NCBI RefSeq assembly: GCF_008000775.2
Contig: NZ_CP042905.2
Location: 1,470,001-1,502,000 of the forward strand
DNA from: Promethearchaeum syntrophicum
Lineage (GTDB): Archaea; Asgardarchaeota; Lokiarchaeia; Sigyniarchaeales; Promethearchaeaceae
Direction: 5' to 3'
DNA length: 32,000 bases
Within the stretch, counting starts at the first letter, position 1; the number at the start of each line of letters is the position of its first letter. Below the pieces are notes generated by a model that ran no database searches, was not told where the DNA came from, and worked only from the letters and a program-made list of their open reading frames with translations. Position numbers and translations under genes: made by a program. Positions 1 through 11,457 of the stretch are shown here, one piece after another.

Positions 1-263
1 TTTCTTCTTCGAATATCACTTAGTCTCTCTTCAGATGCTCGATCAATCCGATCCCCATCTAAAATAACCGTTCCATCATCAGGAAGATCCAATCCACTCA
101 TAACATTTAATAATGTGGTTTTACCACAACCTGTAGGACCCATTAAAACAACAAATTCTCCTGCATTGATTTTTAAATTAATGTCTACTAACGCCCGGAT
201 TATATTTCCTCTTAATCGAAATTCTTTCTGGACATTTTCCAATTTAATCATTACTTCTGGCAT
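1..263 (-). CDS. ABC transporter ATP-binding protein (N-terminal part, runs off the left edge)
   Basis: The reverse strand reads MPEVMIKLENVQKEFRLRGNIIRALVDINLKINAGEFVVLMGPTGCGKTTLLNVMSGLDLPDDGTVILDG. It contains a Walker A motif (GPTGCGKTT). A GGAGAT Shine-Dalgarno lies just upstream of the ATG at 263. Confidence 0.9.
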   Translation of the reverse strand, partial: MPEVMIKLENVQKEFRLRGNIIRALVDINLKINAGEFVVLMGPTGCGKTTLLNVMSGLDLPDDGTVILDGDRIDRASEERLSDIRRR

Positions 264-281
264 TTTCTTAATCTCCTTTTA

Positions 282-854
282 TTATTTTAACACCCTCAAC
301 GCCACTATTGGCCTAAGTTTTAATATCTTACTGTACATTACTAAGATCCCAAGAATTTGTGAGACCAAAAACATTGCTAACGTCGCAAGAATTGGCCAAA
401 TGTTAAGTATTGGGGTTGTTTTATCTATATAATTAGATGCTGAAATTGTTCCAATCTGTTGTTGGTAAAAATATGTTAATCCCGCTGTAATATGAATTAA
501 GGTTTCCGCCATAATCATAAAAGCAACAAAAGTGACCCAAGTTAATTCCCCAATTATAATAGTTCTAATATTAGAATTCTTATACCCAATACACTTGAGA
601 GTTGCAATTTCATTTTTTCGATAATTAATTACAATCCAAGCATACAAAATCGATAATAATAATGTGGAAAGGATTGATACAACTAATAATAAGACGTTTG
701 GGGTACCTTCACCATAAAGAAAATCCTGAAAATTCCAAGTCATCCAAACCATAAGCACTGTATACATTAGTGTAAATGCGATGAATCTTCTCCGAGATCT
801 CATTGCAAGTTTAACACTTTTACTCCATAATCTTAATCCCATATGTTTCACCAT
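282..854 (-). CDS. FtsX-like ABC transporter permease, compact (190 aa)
   Basis: Several TM segments plus the FtsX-like motif 'YRKNEIATLKCIGYKNSNIRTIIIGEL'. It sits directly upstream of and co-directional with the ABC ATPase. Confidence 0.75.
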   Translation of the reverse strand: MVKHMGLRLWSKSVKLAMRSRRRFIAFTLMYTVLMVWMTWNFQDFLYGEGTPNVLLLVVSILSTLLLSILYAWIVINYRKNEIATLKCIGYKNSNIRTIIIGELTWVTFVAFMIMAETLIHITAGLTYFYQQQIGTISASNYIDKTTPILNIWPILATLAMFLVSQILGILVMYSKILKLRPIVALRVLK

Positions 855-919
855 TTTTTATATTTATAAATGAAATGTTAGATCTCCTTTTTAATTTTGT
901 GCATATTAACAATATTATT

Positions 920-1297
920 ATGGATTATGAAAACTTAATTTTTGATTTACTTGATTCTGAACCATCAATTTTCGGGGGCGCATTAATCGATAGTAATGGA
1001 AAATTGCTTTTCCAAACTGAAAATTGGGATCTTTCTCAAGATTTAGATCAAATCAATTCAGCAATTGAAGAATCTCAAAAATCTGATGGTAAAAACCCTG
1101 GATCAATTTCTATCATGAAATTAACATACATGGTAATCGAATTTATTCCTGAAAGAATAATTGCGACAAATGTTATGAAAAAAGGGCATATAATAATTGC
1201 ACCAAGTAAAAAAGCCACATTAGTTACTTTTATTGACCCGAATAAAGGTCCACGTGATGTTCTCTTTGTTATTCAGAATTTTGCGCGGAAGTTATGA
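920..1297 (+). CDS. Roadblock/LC7-like small protein (ORF is open from 875; ATG at 920 preferred)
   Basis: 'FGGALIDSNGKLLFQTENWDLSQDL...IIIAPSKKATLVTFIDP' resembles Roadblock/LC7 beta-strand patterns. A TATA-like TTTATATTTATAAAT at about 857-871 lies too close to 875 but at a reasonable distance from 920. Confidence 0.55.
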   Translation: MDYENLIFDLLDSEPSIFGGALIDSNGKLLFQTENWDLSQDLDQINSAIEESQKSDGKNPGSISIMKLTYMVIEFIPERIIATNVMKKGHIIIAPSKKATLVTFIDPNKGPRDVLFVIQNFARKL

Positions 1298-1401
1298 AAT
1301 AACGCCAAATTTTTTACTTTTTTGTTTACGGGCTAACATTTTTTGAGATTTGATTTTAGATTTTATAAATAGTTGTAAAAAGGAAAAAAAAATCAAAAAT
1401 T

Positions 1402-2073
1402 CTAGCTTAAAAAAGGTTGAATTATCTTAAACACAACAATAAATATCACTAGTAATGGAATAATGATTAAAATAATTCGTAATTGTCCTTTCCAAGACCA
1501 TCGATTAAGAGAGCTTAAAAACGATTCAAAATTACGTTGTCTACGAATTGATTTTGCCCAATTTTTTCTAGTATTTTGAACAGAGTTTTGAAGTTTTTCT
1601 TTATTATATTCAGACTTTTTTTCGAGATTTTTCTGCATATGTCCATATCTCTTATCTAATAATTCTTCTTGATGCTTATAATATTCATTCATTCTTTGCC
1701 TTTTTCTTTCCCAGCGATCTATAATTCTTTGTTGTCTTATTTTTTGTCGATCAATCACATTTTTCTTATTGCTTTTTTCTTTTAAACGTTCCAATTTTTT
1801 TTGTTGTCTTATTTTTTGTCGATCTAATGATTCATTTAATAATTTATCAATAGAAGAATTCCACTCTTCTTGAATTTTTTCAAAGGATTCTTGAGTTTTT
1901 TGAAAAAACGTGGTTATTCCTGTCAATAAATCTGGTTTTGCTTGTTTATCAATGGTATTTTCTTCTTTTTTTGGTTTTTTATAATATTCATTCAGTTCTT
2001 TATCAATTTCATTGAGATTTTCATTCATTTCTTTATTTATCTTCTCAAGTTTTTTTTTATTCATATTTTTCAA
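1402..2073 (-). CDS. Basic, charge-rich coiled-coil protein with a single C-terminal TM segment
   Basis: 223 aa with long K/E/R/Q-rich helices ending in 'WKGQLRIILIIIPLLVIFIVVFKIIQPFLS'. Contains the internal repeat DRQKIRQQ(K/R). Confidence 0.75.
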   Translation of the reverse strand: MKNMNKKKLEKINKEMNENLNEIDKELNEYYKKPKKEENTIDKQAKPDLLTGITTFFQKTQESFEKIQEEWNSSIDKLLNESLDRQKIRQQKKLERLKEKSNKKNVIDRQKIRQQRIIDRWERKRQRMNEYYKHQEELLDKRYGHMQKNLEKKSEYNKEKLQNSVQNTRKNWAKSIRRQRNFESFLSSLNRWSWKGQLRIILIIIPLLVIFIVVFKIIQPFLS

Positions 2074-2091
2074 TCCTTTTTAATTTTTATC

Positions 2092-3000
2092 TTATTCTCC
2101 ACTTGAAAATAAATTTTGTATTAAATCTATTAAGTTTACCCCAACTAATTGGAAGATCCAGAGAAGAAATAAAATAAATCCAACAATTAAAATGACTTCT
2201 AGCAAAAATGTAAAATATCCCTTCCACCATAATCGATTCTGAAATTTAAAAAAGCGTTGCGTTTTTCTTTGTTGTAATTTAATGAATCTATTCCAATTTT
2301 GTTTGCGCACCTGGTGTTTTTCTGCAAATATTTCTTTGGATGCTTCTTTACGTTTTTGAATGAAAACGGATCTCTGTTCTTTTTTATCTTGAACAATGTT
2401 CTGTCTATTAGCTTTTTGTTCCTTCAAATACCCTTTTTGAATCTCTCTTTTCTTATCAAGAAAGTCACTTCTATTTGTTTGCGTTTCCTCAGATAATTCA
2501 AGTCTTTCCAATCGCTGCATCTTCAATATTTCTTTTCTTTGATCCCTTAATTCTTGACGCTTTTTCCATCGTTTTAATCTTCTATATTGTCTAATTTCTT
2601 TGGGAGTCAAGGGTTGATCATTGGTAATTCCAGCTTCCAATTCTTCCAATTTTTCATTGAACGCTTTCTTTTGATTGGTAAAAAAAGCGTTTATAATTCC
2701 ATTATTGATTCTTTCCCCGAGGATTATCTTTCTTTTTCGTTCTTTTCGTAGGTCAATTTTTTTTTGATTTAATTCTTTCCAATCCGATTCCCATTTGTTA
2801 AGCATATTTTGCGTATTTTTAACGAAATTTTCCCAATTTTCTTGCAGTTTAGATGGTTTTGGAGAGTCATTATTTTCGTTTTCTAATTTGATTGAATTAA
2901 ATCTCTCTTCTAATTTCTTAGAATCTTCCAATAATTGATTTTCTAATTTAGATATCTCATCCTTTTTCTTATTCTTCTTATCATCTGGGAAAGGGGTCAT
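2092..3000 (-). CDS. Coiled-coil protein with C-terminal membrane region, apparent paralogue of the 1402-2073 product
   Basis: 302 aa, charged helical body, C-terminal 'FQNRLWWKGYFTFLLEVILIVGFILFLLWIFQLVGVNL'. It shares an EW/KW..WKG layout with its neighbour, with only an 18 bp gap between the genes. Confidence 0.75.
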   Translation of the reverse strand: MTPFPDDKKNKKKDEISKLENQLLEDSKKLEERFNSIKLENENNDSPKPSKLQENWENFVKNTQNMLNKWESDWKELNQKKIDLRKERKRKIILGERINNGIINAFFTNQKKAFNEKLEELEAGITNDQPLTPKEIRQYRRLKRWKKRQELRDQRKEILKMQRLERLELSEETQTNRSDFLDKKREIQKGYLKEQKANRQNIVQDKKEQRSVFIQKRKEASKEIFAEKHQVRKQNWNRFIKLQQRKTQRFFKFQNRLWWKGYFTFLLEVILIVGFILFLLWIFQLVGVNLIDLIQNLFSSGE

Positions 3001-3089
3001 TTTATTTACTCTCTAAAAATAAATGAAAAAAGAAGTATAAATGTTTATGTAAAAGCGATATTTTTATAAATTTCAATCTTATTTGGCCT

Positions 3090-4607
3090 TCAAGGTCTAG
3101 CTAATTTTTGAATTCCTGAAACATAGACTTGTTGCACCTTAGCATCGTTCAATAGTTCAGGGTGATTGATAACATCCTCCTTCAAAACAACAAAATCTGC
3201 CTCAAATCCTAGCGCAAGTTCTCCCAATCTCTCCTCTTCTTTTGCAGAATATGCTGCTCCTTTCGTATAGATGAATAAAACTTCCTCAAAAGTTAATCTC
3301 TCCTCTTCTCTCCATATCGTTCCATTCCAAACCTCTCTGAAAATGGCAGAATACATTCCTAATAATGGATTATTAGTTTCAACTGGAGCGTCGGATCCTC
3401 CTGAAACATGTATTCCTTTGTCAATCATTGTCTTCCAAGCGTACGAATATTTCCTTCTTTCACTCTCTTTCCCAAGTAAGGTGTCTGCCCATTTTCCGTC
3501 AGTAATGATGAATATTGGTTGAATATTTGCTATAATTTTCAGATTTTTCATTTTTTCCAGTAGATCTTCACCAAGAACTTGTGCATGTGTAAGTATTGGT
3601 CTGTTGTTATCGTTATTAACTTCTATTGCATTGATCACCGTTTCTGCAGCTAGATCACCAATTGCATGGATTTCCACTCTATAACCTGCAGCTTTTGCCT
3701 CTCCAACAAGTTTATTTAATTCTTCTTGTGAATAAACTAATATTCCAGTTTCACCCGTATCTGCATAAGGTTCTCTCATCGCAGCTGTATGTGCTCCCAA
3801 TGAACCATCTACCATCAGTTTTACTCTATCACAGTACAATAATCCATCTCTTGTTCCTGGTTTTGGAGTATCAGTTCTACCAATCTCATTATGGTTAGGT
3901 GTAAGATACACTCTAATAGGTACTCTCCCTTCTTTCTGGAGTTCTTTATATATTGTCCAAGCTTCCTCATCATTGGTTTGTACCCCAGTTAATCCAACCT
4001 CCAGGCATTGTTGCAATCCTATGGATATCATCTCCTTTCTTTTATTCCTCTCAACAATGATTAAAGGACTGACCAGATCTACAGCTTTCTCCTTTAATAT
4101 TCCAGTAGGATGCCCATCTATATCTCTCTCGATCTCACCACCATCTGGATCTTCAGTATGTTGATTGATTCCAAGAATTTTAAGAGCAAATGAGTTCACA
4201 ACTACGATATGACCACACACTCTAGAAAGTCTAACTGGTTGATTTGGGATTATCTGGTCAAGGTCTTCTTTTCGAATATATTTCTTGCCTTCGAATAAAT
4301 CCTGATCCCAACCTCTTCCAATAATCCATCCTTCTCTATTAATTGCAAATTCTTTTAATTTTGACTGTATCTCGAATATTGATCTACATCCTTCGAGCTT
4401 CAAAGATTTATCGTGCAAACCCAAACTAAATACATGAAGATGAGCATCCATTAATCCCGGTAAGATCGTCTTTTGCTCCATATCAATGGAATCCTCCGTT
4501 TTTTCAACTTCTCCTGACCCCAATTCAATTATTTTTCCATTCTCCACTCTCATCCATGATTTAATTCCATCTAATGTGAATATCTTTGCATTGAAGTAAA
4601 TAGTCAT
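3090..4607 (-). CDS. Amidohydrolase, YtcJ-like (amidohydrolase_3) family
   Basis: N-terminal 'KTILPGLMDAHLHVFSLG', 'GWIIGRGWDQ', 'VKLMVDGSLGAHTAAM', 'YRVEIHAIGDLA', 'SGGSDAPVETNNPLLGMY'. Confidence 0.93.
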   Translation of the reverse strand: MTIYFNAKIFTLDGIKSWMRVENGKIIELGSGEVEKTEDSIDMEQKTILPGLMDAHLHVFSLGLHDKSLKLEGCRSIFEIQSKLKEFAINREGWIIGRGWDQDLFEGKKYIRKEDLDQIIPNQPVRLSRVCGHIVVVNSFALKILGINQHTEDPDGGEIERDIDGHPTGILKEKAVDLVSPLIIVERNKRKEMISIGLQQCLEVGLTGVQTNDEEAWTIYKELQKEGRVPIRVYLTPNHNEIGRTDTPKPGTRDGLLYCDRVKLMVDGSLGAHTAAMREPYADTGETGILVYSQEELNKLVGEAKAAGYRVEIHAIGDLAAETVINAIEVNNDNNRPILTHAQVLGEDLLEKMKNLKIIANIQPIFIITDGKWADTLLGKESERRKYSYAWKTMIDKGIHVSGGSDAPVETNNPLLGMYSAIFREVWNGTIWREEERLTFEEVLFIYTKGAAYSAKEEERLGELALGFEADFVVLKEDVINHPELLNDAKVQQVYVSGIQKLARP

Positions 4608-4679
4608 TAATAATCCTCTCTGTGGAAATATGTTTTAAATTTATATTGAAAAAAATAATAAAAAATTGGTCATCTACAA

Positions 4680-5306
4680 TCAATTCTTCTTGGGAGGAGC
4701 GACTATGCACCCACAACAAATAACAACAATTCCGGGAATTAAGAGCCATAGACTAACATTAGTAATGGTATCTACCCAAAATCTGTTAGGGTTTTCATAT
4801 ATTCGAACTTCCACTGTTGCACTTGAAATATCAGTCAAGCTTATGATGGTAAAATTGAATTGCATATCTTTATCATCTGTCAAATCTTCCTCTAATATCC
4901 ATTTATCGAAAGAAATTAAAGCAGTACCGTTAAAACCAGTCCTAGTTTCGGTTTCTACTTTTGAATAATCCCCAGTAACAACCATTTGAACAGTAATTTG
5001 ACCTGTTTGGGAATCGCTTTGTGGTCCAACGGCTCTCAATGAAACCTTAATATCATAATTATTTCCCGCTTTCATTATTCCTATCGCATTTAATTCAATT
5101 GTGGAATTCACTGCAAGTGGACTAAAAGCAAGAGATCCAGGGCTATCGGATACATATGATCCTTCATATATGTTATTTGCAATTAATAATCCTGCAATAG
5201 ATGGTATACATAAAATAAATCCTATTAATGCAATACATCCACCACAAAATCGTCGAGATCGGGTTATTGGATTGCCAAACCCACTAATATTTTTTAGAAG
5301 CGACAT
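4680..5306 (-). CDS. Membrane-anchored extracytoplasmic protein with N- and C-terminal TM segments
   Basis: 208 aa with hydrophobic segment 'FCGGCIALIGFILCIPSIAGLLIANNI', a beta-rich central part with N-glycosylation-like sites, and C-terminal 'VSLWLLIPGIVVICCGCIV'. Confidence 0.65.
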   Translation of the reverse strand: MSLLKNISGFGNPITRSRRFCGGCIALIGFILCIPSIAGLLIANNIYEGSYVSDSPGSLAFSPLAVNSTIELNAIGIMKAGNNYDIKVSLRAVGPQSDSQTGQITVQMVVTGDYSKVETETRTGFNGTALISFDKWILEEDLTDDKDMQFNFTIISLTDISSATVEVRIYENPNRFWVDTITNVSLWLLIPGIVVICCGCIVAPPKKN

Positions 5307-5402
5307 GTTATTACTAAATACTATTAATAACCTTTAAGTATTTTTTAATTAATTTTTCAATTCAGATGAAATTAGAAAAAAAAAGGAAAAGGTTTGTAAA
5401 AA

Positions 5403-6770
5403 TTAAGATAAATCAGATAACGTTAAATTGATTCGTTTAAACGTTTCTTCAATTTTTTCTAACGGAATTGAACAAAAAGCAACTCGTATGCCATTAATTT
5501 CTTCTTTTTCACTCATAATTGGAAATGTACCAACTTTATATTCTTTAAGAAGATGATCCGCGAAATTGGTAGCAGGAATTTTATCAATATTCAAAAATAC
5601 AAAGAATCCTCCTCCGGCAGGATCCATGGTAATTCCTTCTGTTTTATATTTATTAAATGCATTAATGGAAGCAAAATAACGTTTTTTCAATATTTCATAT
5701 ATTTTTTTCCTACTTTCTTCCATTTTCTCAAATCCCCCTCTTAAAATTTCAATTAAAACTTCTTGATAAAAGTGGTTTGAATTGCTAATTGTTGATCGAA
5801 TCATCCCCTGTATTTTATTCTCCCAATCTTGAAGAAATAATTCTTTTTCAGAATGAGGTAACCAAGATGAATGAATGCCAAGAGTTATTGCTCCGGTTCT
5901 TCCACCGTACATTAAGACTTCTTTCGAAGCGCCATCAAGTTTTATAGGTATCAAATTTGGATGTAAATCAATTAATTCATAAAAAATTGATGTTCCCACT
6001 CGCTGATCTGAATAACTATAACCCTCGTATGCATCATCGCAAAAGATTAAAACAGGTTTATTAGAAGAATCGCAAAAATTTTTTAACGAATTCAATATTT
6101 TTTGAATTTCATTTTTAGTTGGGCAATATCCTGTAGGATTATTTGGAAAATTAAGAATTAAAACGATTTTATCTTGAGTTTCACTTATTTTTTGCATAAG
6201 TTCTAAAATTCCTTCAACATTTAGCTCTGATTCCTTAAAAAACTGAAAAGACTCGATTTTTAATTCATTTTGCAGGTGCAAAACACTATTATAATTTCCC
6301 CATTTTTTATTTGGGCAAATTATGCGTTCTCCCGGATTTAAGAAAAATCTGCTGATTAGAAAGATACAATTCGTGATTCCATTGCAAATTGCAGGTTTAG
6401 TAATCTTTCCCGTAATATCTATTGATCCAGATGGTAAATTTTTTGCATTCATTCCCTTATATATTATCCATTTCTCCCAGAGATCACGAAATGTTGGAAG
6501 CCCAGCAATTGGTGCATAAGATGCAAATTTTTCAGGTGATAAATTTATGTATTGCTTAAGTTCTGGAAGATAATAAGTAAGAAGCTTTTCTCTACCTCCC
6601 TCAATGATATCACTTTCAAAACCAACAGCCGTACCAATCGTTGCATTAATTTCCGCTTCTTTTTTTGCTCGACTAGTCCAATAAAATATTCCATTCGGTT
6701 GATAAATTCTTTTTCCTATTGAAGAAAGAGCTTCAAATACCGGAGTTTTTTTTAAAGTCTCGAATTCCAT
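5403..6770 (-). CDS. PLP-dependent aminotransferase class I/II
   Basis: 'LILNFPNNPTGYCP', 'FCDDAYEGYSY' and the PLP-lysine region 'KLDGASKEVLMYGGRTG'; 455 aa. Confidence 0.93.
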   Translation of the reverse strand: MEFETLKKTPVFEALSSIGKRIYQPNGIFYWTSRAKKEAEINATIGTAVGFESDIIEGGREKLLTYYLPELKQYINLSPEKFASYAPIAGLPTFRDLWEKWIIYKGMNAKNLPSGSIDITGKITKPAICNGITNCIFLISRFFLNPGERIICPNKKWGNYNSVLHLQNELKIESFQFFKESELNVEGILELMQKISETQDKIVLILNFPNNPTGYCPTKNEIQKILNSLKNFCDSSNKPVLIFCDDAYEGYSYSDQRVGTSIFYELIDLHPNLIPIKLDGASKEVLMYGGRTGAITLGIHSSWLPHSEKELFLQDWENKIQGMIRSTISNSNHFYQEVLIEILRGGFEKMEESRKKIYEILKKRYFASINAFNKYKTEGITMDPAGGGFFVFLNIDKIPATNFADHLLKEYKVGTFPIMSEKEEINGIRVAFCSIPLEKIEETFKRINLTLSDLS

Positions 6771-6937
6771 TTTTAGAATCTAGGTATCAAACTACTTTCT
6801 TCAAAAATAAAGTTTTTAATAATTTAATTTGATTAACATATTTTGAAAATTAACCAATTTTCGTAAAATTTGAACACAAGTCTTTTAATAAAATAGAGAT
6901 AGAATTATTACAACACACTAAGGAGTGTATAAAAATT

Positions 6938-7438
6938 ATGTCAGAACGACCACCAGAGTATTTTGAACAATTTTTAGATTATAAATTTTCAGTTCAAAAA
7001 TATCGAATCAAAGGAAAAAAGTTATCGGCATTTGCCGCAGCGATCGGTGATAAAAATCCCAAATATTATGTTCCCGATCCAGAAGATCCAAATGAAAAAG
7101 CAGATTATTCTGGGATTGTTGCACATCCAGCTTATGCTGCTTGTTATACAATTCCCAAGTTATTAGAAGCTCTTCCGGATATTAAAGGTTCAGATGGAGA
7201 GCCGATGTTAAGAAATATTGGCAAGTTACTTCATGCAGCGCAAGAATATGATTTTTCAGGATGCGTCCCTTTAACTCCTGCAACAAAAAAGGTGTATAGT
7301 GATTCAAAATTTACTAAATTTTGGATTAAAAGTGATATCCTTTGGGGAGAAGCAAGAGTAATAACAACCAATGAGGAAAAAACGGAAACTTATTGTAAAA
7401 CAACCATTAGAGTTGGAATTCGGAAAGGAGGATATTAA
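6938..7438 (+). CDS. MaoC/FAS1-like dehydratase N-terminal hotdog protein
   Basis: 166 aa: 'FSVQKYRIKGKKLSAFAAAIGDKNPKYY...IVAHPAYAACYTIPKLL...LLHAAQEYDFSGCVPL' matches the MaoC_dehydratase_N pattern. Confidence 0.85.
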   Translation: MSERPPEYFEQFLDYKFSVQKYRIKGKKLSAFAAAIGDKNPKYYVPDPEDPNEKADYSGIVAHPAYAACYTIPKLLEALPDIKGSDGEPMLRNIGKLLHAAQEYDFSGCVPLTPATKKVYSDSKFTKFWIKSDILWGEARVITTNEEKTETYCKTTIRVGIRKGGY

Positions 7439-7439
7439 A

Positions 7440-7955
7440 ATGGAAATTGGTCAAATTTTTACCCATATTGATGGACCCGTCAGCCGGGATGATATAAAAG
7501 CTTATGCAAAAGCTAGTGGTGATAGAAACCCGATTCATTTAGATGAAGAGTTTGCTGTACAAGTTGGTTTAAAAGGTGTTATCGTCCATGGAATGTTGTA
7601 TTTCGGTTATATCTCTAAAATGATGGGAGATATTGCGAGTGAGAATAATGCGAAATTCATCAATTTAGGAGGAGAATTACGAGGAATGCTTCGTCCTGGA
7701 GATACAGTAGTGACTACCGCTAAAGTTACTAGCATAGATGGGAATCAAGTTTCTTTCGAAATCACTCAAAATTCAAAGATGCCCCTTAAAATTGAAAAAG
7801 AAGGTGCAATTATCAAGACTTATGAAGCCGAAGAAAAAGGATGGGTTAAGGAAAAAGAATTATCTGGAATAAAAACTGAAGAAACTGATGAAGGTAAGTT
7901 CACATTCCGGGAATGGTTGACTGTTAAAGGGCATGCCAAAATTGAATTACTTTAA
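7440..7955 (+). CDS. MaoC-like (R)-specific enoyl-CoA hydratase (ORF open from 7371; start at 7440 preferred)
   Basis: 'AYAKASGDRNPIHLDEEFAVQVGLKGVIVHGMLYFGYISKMM' is the MaoC active-site motif. The ATG at 7440 is 1 bp after the previous stop, with GGAG upstream. Confidence 0.9.
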   Translation: MEIGQIFTHIDGPVSRDDIKAYAKASGDRNPIHLDEEFAVQVGLKGVIVHGMLYFGYISKMMGDIASENNAKFINLGGELRGMLRPGDTVVTTAKVTSIDGNQVSFEITQNSKMPLKIEKEGAIIKTYEAEEKGWVKEKELSGIKTEETDEGKFTFREWLTVKGHAKIELL

Positions 7956-8127
7956 GGTAATTTAAATATTTTTTTACTTATTTATCCTTTTTTTTTTATA
8001 TTTTTGGTTGAAAAACTAAATTTCCCTTAGATCATGATCATCCAAAAAATACAAATAATGGTCTAAAGATGTTTTAATATCGCGACTTTTTATGTATAAT
8101 TTGAAGTTCTATTCAAGGTGAAAAAAA

Positions 8128-8538
8128 ATTAAAATATATTGTAGTCAATGTGGTTCGGAGATAGAGGATACCGTTAAATTTTGTAGTTATTGTGGAAATC
8201 CTGTAGCATCTCCTCCAGCTCCGAAAATAAAGTCGACACCCAACCAGCAGACATATGCACAGCCTCAATATCCTCCAACCTCTCGCCCTGCGATGTCCCA
8301 ACCTACCAAACCGCCTCCTCAACCTCCAACTGGTAAAAGTAAGATAGTTGCGGGCATACTTGCATTACTTTTTGGTGGTTTCGGAATTCACAAGTTTTAT
8401 CTAGAGAAACCTGAAAATGGGTTAATGTATATATGTTTCTTCTGGACAGGAATACCAGAAATTGTTGGAATCATAGAAGGTATCATGTATTTGACGGAAT
8501 CCGATGAAGCTTTCGAAGAGCGAGTTAGAAATTTATAG
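8128..8538 (+). CDS. Zinc-ribbon plus TM2-domain membrane protein, possible ATT (AUU) start; the ORF track lists only 8293-8538
   Basis: The frame is open upstream of 8293: (I/M)KIYCSQCGSEIEDTVKFCSYCGNPVASPPAPK..., a double CxxC zinc ribbon, then a Pro/Gln linker, then the TM2 signature 'KSKIVAGILALLFGGFGIHKFYLEKPENGLMYI'. AAGGTGA at 8115-8121 is a good Shine-Dalgarno 6 nt before ATT 8128. There is an in-frame TGA at 8119-8121. Confidence 0.75.
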   Translation: MKIYCSQCGSEIEDTVKFCSYCGNPVASPPAPKIKSTPNQQTYAQPQYPPTSRPAMSQPTKPPPQPPTGKSKIVAGILALLFGGFGIHKFYLEKPENGLMYICFFWTGIPEIVGIIEGIMYLTESDEAFEERVRNL

Positions 8539-8571
8539 TTCATTCAAGTTTTGAGAATTTAGGTAATAGTC

Positions 8572-9366
8572 CTATACTTTTTTTATCTTTTTAGCTTTGC
8601 AGATTAAGCTATCACTTGTTTTTAGCTTTAATGGTGCTTTTAAATAATTTTCCCAAAAACGAATATCTGAAAATCCGATTTTTTTTAGGATTTTCTCAAG
8701 ATCTTTCATTGAAATAAGTTTCCAAACACTGGATTTAACTTGGTGCTCATAATTCTCATCTCCTTTCTTTTTTATAAAGGAGATAAATTCAACTTTTAAA
8801 ATATTCTGAGAAAAATCCGGTTCAAATCGTTTCATAGTAAATACTTCCTGATCATCAGATATCTGAATAATATTTGACTTTTTATAACCCTTTCTTGGAT
8901 TATCGCTATTCAAAATTTGAAAGAATAGCATTCCATCTTTATTCAAACTTTCTGAAATTCTGCCTAAAAGATTTTCAATAGAAGATTCTCCCCAAATCAA
9001 TGATAGAGAATTACCTAATGAGAAAATAAAATCGAATTTATTATTGATTAAGAATGAATCTGAAAGAACATCCCCCGAAATGTATTTTAGATGACGTGCT
9101 TCTGCTTTTGATTCACTGATAGCATATTCTATCATATTCAAATCACGATCTATTCCATAAAAATTGTAATCCGGATATTTTTTCGCTAATTCTAATAAAT
9201 GTATCCCAGGACCGCAACCAATATCTAATATTCTGAGGGGTTTTTTGTTATTTTTATGATGTATTGAATTTATGATTTCCTTTAAAACAGGCATCTCCCT
9301 TCGTAAACGTTTGTCCCAATCAATTATCTTTAGATATATCTCAATATTTTGATACATTTTCTTCAA
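8572..9366 (-). CDS. SAM-dependent class I methyltransferase
   Basis: Motif I 'RILDIGCGPGIHLLELAKKYPDYNFYGIDRDLNMIEYA', then 'FDFIFSLGNSLSLIW'. Confidence 0.92.
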   Translation of the reverse strand: MKKMYQNIEIYLKIIDWDKRLRREMPVLKEIINSIHHKNNKKPLRILDIGCGPGIHLLELAKKYPDYNFYGIDRDLNMIEYAISESKAEARHLKYISGDVLSDSFLINNKFDFIFSLGNSLSLIWGESSIENLLGRISESLNKDGMLFFQILNSDNPRKGYKKSNIIQISDDQEVFTMKRFEPDFSQNILKVEFISFIKKKGDENYEHQVKSSVWKLISMKDLEKILKKIGFSDIRFWENYLKAPLKLKTSDSLICKAKKIKKV

Positions 9367-9468
9367 ATTTGTTAATTTAAAATTTGATTAATAGACTATT
9401 CTTATCTATTATAAGATTTCGTAATGAATGAGCCATTAATATAAAAAAGAAAAAAATGATAAAAACGC

Positions 9469-11457
<1,989 letters not shown>

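Noticed and set aside
3271-4164. Plus-strand ORFs 3271-3522, 3662-3898 and 3973-4164
   Set aside because: Antisense to the well-supported amidohydrolase; no independent evidence.
4561-4968. ORFs 4561-4749 (-) and 4666-4968 (+)
   Set aside because: The first overlaps the amidohydrolase start region; the second is antisense to the 208-aa membrane protein. Neither looks protein-like.
8113-8322. 69-aa minus-strand ORF
   Set aside because: Antisense to the zinc-ribbon/TM2 gene; Arg-rich translation produced by the Pro/Gln-rich linker codons.
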